Assembly (NCBI GenBank): GCA_048173955.1
Contig: DBEYOB010000022.1
Span: 7,048 to 71,047, forward strand
Direction: 5' to 3'
From: Coriobacteriales bacterium
GTDB lineage: Bacteria > Actinomycetota > Coriobacteriia > Coriobacteriales > UMGS124
DNA length: 64,000 nt
Shown here in pieces: positions 1 to 7,300 of this stretch. The notes below the pieces were generated by a model. The model was given only the letters and a program-made list of their open reading frames with translations. It was not told the DNA's origin and ran no database searches. A program made the translations under genes and the position numbers. Each line of letters opens with the position of its first letter. Position 1 is the first letter of the stretch.

Positions 1-170
1 GGATGTCGTACACAAGTTCGATTTTTCCCCAGCGCGGCCCGCCCCCCGGCTCGGCCCGTTTCACGATACGCGGGCGGCTTGCGCGACGACGCCTAGTTCC
101 AGTAGGACGTCCCGCCACACCGGGTGCACGGTGTCCCGTCGGGACGTCGCCGCGCGCAATTTCGCGCCGC

Positions 171-518
171 CTACTTCGCGTATGCCCCGAACAGCTCCTT
201 GGGGTCCTTCACCGGCTCGTAGTCCTCGGGCTTGAAGTGTCCATCGACCGTGAACGGCGAAGGTTTGCGCGTATAGGGTGCGCCGGTGTCGGGAATCTTG
301 CCGGCGGCCTCCATCGCGGCCTCCACGTCGGTCATGCCCAGCCGCTCGTAGGTCTCGCGCGTGGGCCAGCCGGTCGCGCGGTCCCAGCCCAGGCGCTCGT
401 AGTACAGGTCGATGGCGTCGTTCCAAGTTTGCCGTTTCGGTCCTCCCTCTCCGTCATGTTCGACCGATGAACGAGCTGGTTTATGACGCGATATACGGTG
501 GTCGCACCTAAATGTCAA
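171..518 (-). pseudogene. C-terminal remnant of an aldehyde:ferredoxin oxidoreductase (AOR)-family gene
   Basis: 115-aa ORF. Its distal part carries the AOR-family C-terminal signature (AIDLYYERLGWDRATGWPTRETYERLGM). The roughly 500-aa N-terminal catalytic part is absent. The frame is closed upstream by a stop in an AT-rich patch (about 519-560). Confidence 0.4.
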
Positions 519-596
519 TACGATTTAAATTGATAGTTCGCCACAAATGGGCGCATACTATCAACGATTGCCAGCAAGGGTGGCAAACGTCCACAC

Positions 597-1644
597 ATGT
601 CGGCGAACGGCGGCGGAGGGAGACTGGCCATGACGGGGCGTGGAGACGAGGGAGGTCGCTCGCTTTCGGGCGGGCACCTCCCGGGGCCTGTCGGCACCGA
701 CGAGTACATTGCGACGTGGAGCGTGCTTGTGGAACGCCCGCTTTCGTTCGACGAGTTTTCGGACCTCCCGATGCCGCCCGGCTGCACGCCCGTCGAGCTG
801 TGGCGCCACTTCGCCGCGCTGCGTCGGGTTGCCGGCGTGACGATGGGGGTCAAACCGTGGTTCCGGGTCGACCGCGACGTTTCGTGGGCGTTCGTCCCCA
901 AGAGCACCCAGCTCGCGCTCAACCAGATCATGTCCATGTCCTACCCCGATTCGGCGCTCAACGCGTTTGTGCGCCAGGGCGGCCGGGCCGACTATGGGCT
1001 GTTGCCGTTTGTGGTCGACGAGGTCTATTCGCTCGCGCGGCGCGACGGGCTCACCGAGCTCAACAAGACCGCCCTGCAGGCGATCTGGACGGGCGAGCGC
1101 GCGCCGGAGACTCCCGCCGAACGAATCGTCGCCAACCTGAGCGAGTTGTTCGCCGGCGCGGCGCGTGTTCTTCGTCAAGATCGAACGGCCCGTCCTGTCC
1201 TACGTTCCCTTCTCGCGCATGTCGGGCTATCGGACGAACGACTATGCCGGACGCTTCGTGACCGAGCACGCCCATCTGGTACGCGAGGTCGGCTCCGACG
1301 AGGGGCTCGACTGCACCTTCGAGTTTTCCGGGGCGGCGGACACCTATCTGAGGGGGCTGCTGCGCATCGCCGACAAGGTGGCCGCCCTCGAAAAGGAGGC
1401 CGCGTCGAGTCGCGAGCGCCTCGAGCACGTGGCGGGGCTCAACCGCCGGCAGAAGGATTTCCTGCTCGTCGCCCAACGCAATCCCGCGATGTCGATCAAG
1501 CTCAAGCACTACGCCGAACTCTACGGCGTCGTGTACGCCACCGCCCGAGCCGACCTGCTCGACCTGGTCGAGAAGGGCTACCTCTCCTATCGCAAGGAGG
1601 GGCGGGCGTTCGTGTTCTCTGGGGTCGCGGGTCGGTTGGGGTAG
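597..1644 (+). pseudogene. Fic-family-like protein (degenerate Fic motif, C-terminal winged HTH) interrupted by a frameshift near 1160-1167
   Basis: GC3-rich coding signal runs in frame 597 up to ..SELFAGAARV, then continues in the +1 frame (ORF 1165..1644: FFVKIERPVLSYVPFSRMSGYR...). The C-terminus LNRRQKDFLLVAQRNPAMSIKLKHYAELYGVVYATARADLLDLVEKGYLSYRKEGRAFVF looks like the wHTH tail of Fic/DOC proteins. HPFxxGNGR is replaced by VPFSRMSGYR. Confidence 0.4.
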
Positions 1645-1694
1645 GACGACGTGCGCCGGTGTACGTTTGGCGCGAGGGGCAAAGGGCGGATACC

Positions 1695-2432
1695 CTACCG
1701 CGCCAGCCGGCGGATGTGCTCCAAAAACGGCAGATGCGCGTTGCACAGGTTCACCAGCTTGCCCACGACGAGCGCCGAGATGACCGTACCCAGGCCGAGG
1801 CCCTGGATACCGTGGAAGAACACGAGGCTGAGCACGAGGGCAATCGCCACAAGGGAGAGGTCGAAGCAGATCTTCACCGTGCCGAAGCGTATCTTGCATG
1901 CGGCCGCGATGGCGCGCACGGCGCCTTCGCCGGGGACGAGGATGACGTTGGGTGCCACCTCGATGCTGATGCCGAGCGCGAGCACGACGCAGCCCATCGC
2001 CACGCATAGCAGCTGCACCGCGATGGAGGTGGGCTCGAAGAAACCGAGCAGGCGCGTGCTCACGTCGATGAACTCGCTGAACACGACGTTCACCACAAGC
2101 TGCAACAGCTGCACCGGCTGAAAGTCGCGCCTCAACAGGACGATCTGCAGCGCGATGAACAGCAAGTTCACGATGAACGTCGCCGTGCCGAAGGTCAGCA
2201 CCGGGAACTGCAGGCTCAGCACGTACGGCGTGCTTGAGATGGGCGAGGTGCCGAGTGCTCCCTTGGTGATGAGCGCGATGCCGAACGAGTTGATGAGCAC
2301 GCCTGCGACAAACCAGAGGTAGCGGGCCACCAGGTGGTGGGCCGAGTAGCTCGAGGTTTCGACGGGCTTGTCGGACGACGGGTTGCCGGACGGGGCGTTT
2401 GCGGGTGTTGTGCTTGCAGGTGCTTCGGTCAT
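1695..2432 (-). CDS. YczE/YitT-like polytopic membrane protein (DUF6198-type)
   Basis: 245 aa with about 6 hydrophobic segments. Motifs INSFGIALITKGALGTSPISS and APNVILVPGEG are typical of the YczE/YitT family. It lies immediately downstream of a MarR gene on the same strand. Confidence 0.7.
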   Translation of the reverse strand: MTEAPASTTPANAPSGNPSSDKPVETSSYSAHHLVARYLWFVAGVLINSFGIALITKGALGTSPISSTPYVLSLQFPVLTFGTATFIVNLLFIALQIVLLRRDFQPVQLLQLVVNVVFSEFIDVSTRLLGFFEPTSIAVQLLCVAMGCVVLALGISIEVAPNVILVPGEGAVRAIAAACKIRFGTVKICFDLSLVAIALVLSLVFFHGIQGLGLGTVISALVVGKLVNLCNAHLPFLEHIRRLAR

Positions 2433-2552
2433 AGGTGCTGCATCCTTTTGTACTCGTTTCGTTTGTGCGCGCTTCTTCTGTGTGCGCTTGCGTTTGGGCG
2501 CTCTTTGCGGTCTGCCTGCCGCCTGCGTCGTCGTCCTGCCTGTGCTACAGGG

Positions 2553-3110
2553 CTACTGCGGGATGGGGTTGGGACTCCCCGAAGGCGGCATGTCGTCATC
2601 TGCTCCTTCGGCTAACCCCGTCGTTACGTCGAGCGCCTCGTCGTCGAGGCCGACGATATGGCGCAGCGTGCGTATGGTCGCCGCCCGGTCGCTTTCGGGC
2701 ACGCCCTCGATCGAGCGCGCGTCGATGAGCCGCGCCCCTTCCCGAATGGCGCGCGCCAGCTCCCATCCCTGCTCGGTGAGGTACACGTGGGCCATGCGAG
2801 CGTCTTGCCTGCTCGTCTCGCGGCGGACGAGTCCCTGTTCTTCGAGTCGCGGCAGCAGAATCGCCATGGTCGACTTGTCGATGATGCATCCCTGGCAAAT
2901 GTCGCGCGCGGTGCACCCATCGTGCTCTGATAGGTATTCGAGCACCTTGGGCTGGCCGGGCTTGAGGCCCAGTCCCGCCGTGAAGCGCACCATGGCGCGG
3001 TTCGTGCGGTTGTAGGCCTTGCGTATGAGGACGTGCAGCTCGTCATCGAGCACGGCGGATTCCTTTCCGGCGGAGCCGGGGCGCGGCTTAGGGAGAATAG
3101 TAGTTTGCAT
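2553..3110 (-). CDS. MarR-family transcriptional regulator
   Basis: The winged-HTH core (LKPGQPKVLEYLSEHDGCTARDICQGCIIDKSTMAILLPRLEEQGLVRRETSRQDARMAHVYLTEQG) is classic MarR. Start chosen at the internal ATG at 3110 (MQTTILPK). The longer ORF to 3263 runs into an AT-rich promoter region. Confidence 0.85.
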   Translation of the reverse strand: MQTTILPKPRPGSAGKESAVLDDELHVLIRKAYNRTNRAMVRFTAGLGLKPGQPKVLEYLSEHDGCTARDICQGCIIDKSTMAILLPRLEEQGLVRRETSRQDARMAHVYLTEQGWELARAIREGARLIDARSIEGVPESDRAATIRTLRHIVGLDDEALDVTTGLAEGADDDMPPSGSPNPIPQ

Positions 3111-3118
3111 ACAAACTA
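3101..3118. promoter_or_regulatory. Inverted repeat TAGTTTG-N4-CAAACTA overlapping the MarR start codon (candidate MarR autoregulatory operator)
   Basis: tagtttgCATAcaaacta is read directly from the sequence. The two 7-bp arms are perfect and the central CAT is the MarR ATG on the minus strand. Confidence 0.45.
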
Positions 3119-3314
3119 ATTGACCGCTATAGAGTACGAGTTCCAAGCGGAGATTGCAAGGGGAGGGGTTTCCAATCCGTGTATGTCGGTCGAATGAGGA
3201 TGTTAGATTGCCATGGTTGGGGAACTTCGCGATGTCGACAAGCTGATTGCATATTTCCTGCAATGGTTTGCATAGCGATTTGCCGGTACGGGGAGAGCAA
3301 TCCAGAAATCACCC

Positions 3315-3589
3315 GAGCACTTGCTAAAAAGTCCTCTTGTTGAGTAAGCGGAGGGGCGGTTTTCGGGCCGCTGCGACATCAGGCGAAGATGAACCAGGGA
3401 ACGTGGCTTGGGAAAACCGCTGGTCAGATGGCTATGAACCGGTTTGAAAAGAGTGCGTGCTACATTTCGGTTGATACACAACCGCCCAAGGGTCTTCAAG
3501 CTTGCTCAGTAAGGCCACTTTTTCGCAAGTGCCCCTCTGTTTTCTGGAAGACAACCCGCAAAGATAGCGCCAAGTCGCGCAACGCTTCC
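3315..3589. repeat. Intergenic repeat family 2, copy A (35-bp inverted arms plus module M)
   Basis: Arms at 3315-3351 and 3499-3534 are inverted copies of AGCTTGCTCAGTAAGGCnnCTTTTTCnGCAAGTGCCC. Module M (3546-3589) matches 20461-20500 in the opposite orientation. The second copy is at 20233-20500. Confidence 0.7.
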
Positions 3590-3801
3590 TTTCGAAGGAC
3601 GGCGCGAAGGGAGTGGTTCGAGAAAAGCGTATTATGGTCCCCATGATCCCGTAAAGAACGTCGCGACGTCGGGTGCGGGGGCGGCGGCCATATGGGGAGG
3701 CAGTCATGCGGGTGGCGTGCGCTCGGAATCGCCGACTCGGCCGAACCGCCGCCACGCATTCAAGGACTGCCCTGAAAAGGGCAAGCGCGCAGAGAGGGCG
3801 G

Positions 3802-4656
3802 ATGCTCATGATTTTTGCTTTTTCGGGCACTGGCAACAGCAGCTACGTTGCCCGCCGCATTGCGGAGGTTGCCGGACACCAGGTCCGCTCCATCAACGAC
3901 GCGCTTGCGGGCAGGGGGCTTGCGGCCATGCCTGCCTCGCCGATGGAGCCGCTGGTGTTCGTAGCGCCGACCTATGCCTGGCAGCTGCCCCATGTCGTGC
4001 GCGACTGGATTGAGCGCTCCGACTTCGGGGGAAAGGCCAAGACCTCTTCCCGCCGGGGCGAAGAACGCGGTCCGAGTTTGGCGAGCAGGGGCCATGGACC
4101 CGTGCGTGCGCAGGACGCGGGCAACTGGCGCGACGCCTACTTTGTCTTGACCTGCGGGGGAGAGATCGGCAACGCACCGGCGTCGATTGCGCGCCTGTGC
4201 AGACGCGCTGGCCTTGCGTATCGTGGCTGTGCGCAGATCGTCATGCCCGACAACTACATCGTCATGTTCGATCCTCCGACCGAGGAGGAGTCGCGCCGCA
4301 TCGTTGCCGACGCCGAACCGGCGATTCTCGAGGTTGCTGAGCGCATCCGCCGGGGCGACGATTTGATTCCGCCTCGCCCCGGGCTGGGCGACATCGTCAA
4401 AAGCGGGCCGGTGAACGCCCTGTTCAACGCTGTGTACATCAAGTCGGTGACGCCGTCGGCGACCGATGCGTGCACGGGTTGCGGCGCGTGCGTCAGGCTG
4501 TGTCCGCTCGGGAACATCCGTCTTGAGGCGGGCCGACCCGCATGGGGCAAGGCCTGCACGCACTGCATGGCGTGCGTGAGCGGCTGTCCGCAGGGGGCGG
4601 TCGAGTGCGGGAAGGGAACGCGGGGGAAGCGCCGGTATCGCTGCCCAGTTGGGTGA
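3802..4656 (+). CDS. EFR1-type flavodoxin-like / 2x[4Fe-4S] ferredoxin fusion protein
   Basis: The N-terminus MLMIFAFSGTGNSSYVARRIAE is a flavodoxin-like P-loop. The C-terminus has two CxxCxxCxxxCP motifs (CTGCGACVRLCP and CTHCMACVSGCP). RBS agagaggg lies upstream of the ATG at 3802. Confidence 0.8.
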   Translation: MLMIFAFSGTGNSSYVARRIAEVAGHQVRSINDALAGRGLAAMPASPMEPLVFVAPTYAWQLPHVVRDWIERSDFGGKAKTSSRRGEERGPSLASRGHGPVRAQDAGNWRDAYFVLTCGGEIGNAPASIARLCRRAGLAYRGCAQIVMPDNYIVMFDPPTEEESRRIVADAEPAILEVAERIRRGDDLIPPRPGLGDIVKSGPVNALFNAVYIKSVTPSATDACTGCGACVRLCPLGNIRLEAGRPAWGKACTHCMACVSGCPQGAVECGKGTRGKRRYRCPVG

Positions 4657-4719
4657 TGGCGGCGTGATGGGCGGCCGGCGGGCGCCCGTCACGATGGCTG
4701 GCGACCGCCGCTGAGACGT

Positions 4720-4839
4720 CTGTGCGGGCTGACGGCTGTCTAATTTCTGAAAAACTCTTAAGTCCAACATGCGTTGCCTGCAGTTTTGCCGACCAGCCTT
4801 CGGCTTGCTCGAAAGTTAGACACGTGTCAGCCCACATAG
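4720..4839. mobile_element. MITE-like element, family 3, copy 1 (120 bp)
   Basis: Left end is CTGTGCGGGCTGAC and right end is GTCAGCCCACATAG (12/14 inverted match). The first ~45 bp align with the copy at 29958-30079. No ORF is present. Confidence 0.6.
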
Positions 4840-4889
4840 CCGCAACGACCTGCGCGCAACGGTCCCGCTAGAATATCAACCCACAAAAC

Positions 4890-4940
4890 GTCGGACGAAA
4901 GTCACGGTTTGTGGGTCACATTCCGTGACTTTCGTCCGAC
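4890..4940 (-). terminator. Perfect 18-bp stem hairpin; likely intrinsic terminator of the minus-strand reductase gene
   Basis: gtcggacgaaagtcacgg-N15-ccgtgactttcgtccgac. On the minus strand the stem is followed by GTTTTGTGGG. It lies 150 bp downstream of the stop at 5094. Confidence 0.5.
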
Positions 4941-5093
4941 AACAGCGCGTCAACGGAGGGCCCGTGTCGCCCGATACGGCCTGGCGCGCAGGTCTGCACG
5001 TATCCAAACAGGCTGGGGGCGAGTCGACATCGGCCCGCCCCCAGCCATCACGTCCATTCGCCTAGATGTGCCCCTCGGTCACCTGGCGTTATT

Positions 5094-7085
5094 TTAGATC
5101 TCTTCGCCCAGGGCGACCTTGGCGGCAAGCCACCCGAACGTAGCGCTCTTGCCGCCGGCTGCTCCGGCGGTGATGTTGGGATAGGTGTCGCAGAAGTAAC
5201 GGCCTGCGTCATTGCCCACGCAATACAGGCCGTCGATTACGCTGCCGTCGGGACGCAGCGCCTGGAGCTTGGTGTTTACCACGATGCCGTCGAACGTGCA
5301 CAGGATGAGGCCCGAGATGTAGGCGCCGTAGAACGGGGGCTGCGTGTAGTCCTGCATGCGGAAGGACTCCTTGCCAAAGTCTTCGTCGACGCCCTTGGCG
5401 CACAGCTCGTTGTAACGCTCCACGGTGGCGACCAGGTTTTCGACAGGCAGTCCGAGCTGCTCGGCGAGCTCCTCGATGGTATCGGCGCATGCGAAGCAGT
5501 CGGGGTTGTCGATCATGAACTGACCGCGCTGCTCGGTGGTGTCTTCCTTCATGTACTCGACCTCGCCGTCCCACAGGGGCATGGGAACGCTGCGGGAGCA
5601 GCCGTCGGTGTCGTAGGCGAGGTTGTGCTCGTGGTAGTTGCCGGGGATGATCTCGACCATCACGCCACCCTTGCCGGCGATGGCGTGCAGGCGGTAGTCG
5701 TAGGGGCCGCTCTCGTTGCAGAAGCGCTCGCCGTTGAGGTCCACGGTGAGGAAGGGCTGGCTACCCATCCAGAATAGCTTGCTTGCGTCTTCCTCAAGTG
5801 CCTTCTGCACGTCGGTGGTGCCGATGGGCAGCGCCGCGCGCTCGAACAGCATACAGGCCGTCTTGTCGTCCTTGGCTGCCCCTGCCCACAGGCACGCCTT
5901 GATGCCGTCGCCCTGGTTGGTGATGGGTGCGCGCTCGCCGGCGTAGACCTTGGCGGCCTGGGGCTGCAGGGCGCGCATCATCTCGCGGTTGTGGGCATAG
6001 CCGCCCGTGGCCATGATGACGCCCTTTTCGGCGTTGATGCGGATGTGGTCACCGTCCTCGTTGGTAGCGTACACGCCGAGCACTTTGCCGGTCTCGTCCT
6101 GGACGAGTTCGACCATCGAGGTGTTGTAGCGAAACGTGCCGCCGTTCTCTTCGACGTAGGCCTCCACGACCTGGGCGGGGTCGAGGCCGAGATCCTTGTC
6201 GGCGAGCACCTCGTTGCACTCGATGAAGCCGGTGTAGCGCGCCTCCTCATGGTTGGCGTAGTTCATGAGGTGCGGGCGCAGTCCGGCCTGCTTGCACAGG
6301 TCGTCGTAGAAGTCGAAGATGGCGCCGCTCTTGTCGTACCACAGGTGGACGAGCTTGGGGTCGTTCCAGTAGTTGGAGTAGCGGCCGAAATCCTCGGTGA
6401 TCTCGTTGCGGTCGATGGCGATGCCGGCGCTCTGCTGAAGTTTCGTGTTGATGGCGCCCATCTGGTAGCGGATGCCCAGGCCCACGGCGGCCTTGTCGAT
6501 GATGAGCGGGCTCGCGCCGGACTGGACGGCGCTCATGGCGGCAAAGTGACCCGCGGTGCCCGAGCCCACGATGAGCAGCTCGCAGTCGACGACCTCGACG
6601 CAGTCCTCGTCGGTGATGACGGGCTTCTCGCCGAGCCAGGAGGGAACCTCGGGAGAGGCGGTGCCGGGGGTCGCAGAGGCGTCCTCGACGGGCGCCGCGG
6701 CGCCGGTCGAGGCCTGCTCGAGCGCTGAGGCCATGGCTTTCTTGGCGGCGCCCGAGGTGATGGTGGCGCCGCTCACGCCCTCGATGTCGTCGGAGCCTGC
6801 GGCGAGCAGCTGGGCCTGCAGCTCGTCCTGGGCTGCGGCGCCGATCTCGGCGGTCTCGCCCGAGGTGTCAACGACGATGTCGGAGATGACGCCGGAGTCG
6901 TCGACGGTGATCGTCACGGTCACGGCGCTCTCGAGACCGTCGGCCGAGCCGGTATAGGTGCCGGGGACCAGTGCCCCGGCGGCCTCGTCGGCAAACGCGT
7001 GGGTTCCGGCGGCGGCCATCAGGCCGGTGGCGGCCAGGGCTGCTCCGGCTCCCGCGATGAAGCTTCTGCGCGATACGTTCTCCAT
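5094..7085 (-). CDS. Tat-signal flavoprotein reductase: N-terminal FMN_bind domain plus fumarate-reductase/flavocytochrome-c-like FAD domain
   Basis: Start is MENVSRRSFIAGAGAALAATGLMAAAGTHAFA (twin-arginine signal). FMN_bind domain has flavinylation-type motif DIEGVSGATITS. Dinucleotide fold is LLIVGSGTAGHFAAMSA. C-terminal motifs IEELAEQLGLP..LVATVERYNELCAKGVDEDFGK are typical of this family. Confidence 0.9.
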   Translation of the reverse strand: MENVSRRSFIAGAGAALAATGLMAAAGTHAFADEAAGALVPGTYTGSADGLESAVTVTITVDDSGVISDIVVDTSGETAEIGAAAQDELQAQLLAAGSDDIEGVSGATITSGAAKKAMASALEQASTGAAAPVEDASATPGTASPEVPSWLGEKPVITDEDCVEVVDCELLIVGSGTAGHFAAMSAVQSGASPLIIDKAAVGLGIRYQMGAINTKLQQSAGIAIDRNEITEDFGRYSNYWNDPKLVHLWYDKSGAIFDFYDDLCKQAGLRPHLMNYANHEEARYTGFIECNEVLADKDLGLDPAQVVEAYVEENGGTFRYNTSMVELVQDETGKVLGVYATNEDGDHIRINAEKGVIMATGGYAHNREMMRALQPQAAKVYAGERAPITNQGDGIKACLWAGAAKDDKTACMLFERAALPIGTTDVQKALEEDASKLFWMGSQPFLTVDLNGERFCNESGPYDYRLHAIAGKGGVMVEIIPGNYHEHNLAYDTDGCSRSVPMPLWDGEVEYMKEDTTEQRGQFMIDNPDCFACADTIEELAEQLGLPVENLVATVERYNELCAKGVDEDFGKESFRMQDYTQPPFYGAYISGLILCTFDGIVVNTKLQALRPDGSVIDGLYCVGNDAGRYFCDTYPNITAGAAGGKSATFGWLAAKVALGEEI

Positions 7086-7300
7086 GACGTGCTCCTTTCT
7101 ATCGGAACGTTCGGTCCCTGCGTGACGGACACCACGATGCGCCGCGAAGGCCGTAGACGAAAGGCGGAGCGAGGGGTGAAACCGTAGATGCATGCCGGCG
7201 TCTGGGGGGTGTGACAAACCTCACCCCGTCTGCGAGCTGCATGCGCAAGGGCGTTTGCCCCATAATGGGGCGCGGACGCGTGCGAAGCGTTTCGAGGAAG

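Noticed and set aside
2-64. Open minus-strand frame at the window edge (GTG at 64: VKRAEPGGGPRWGKIELVYDI...), running off the left end.
   Set aside because: Only 21 codons are visible. There is no RBS, and the frame stays open upstream through Arg-rich sequence that does not look coding. The evidence is too thin to call a gene.
3389-3646. 85-aa ORF and the 61-aa ORF at 20346..20531, which share the peptide ACSVR..F.KCPS.
   Set aside because: The shared peptide coincides exactly with the conserved nucleotide arm of repeat family 2. Outside the arm the two ORFs are unrelated, lack RBS and have non-genomic codon usage. The similarity is therefore a by-product of the DNA repeat.
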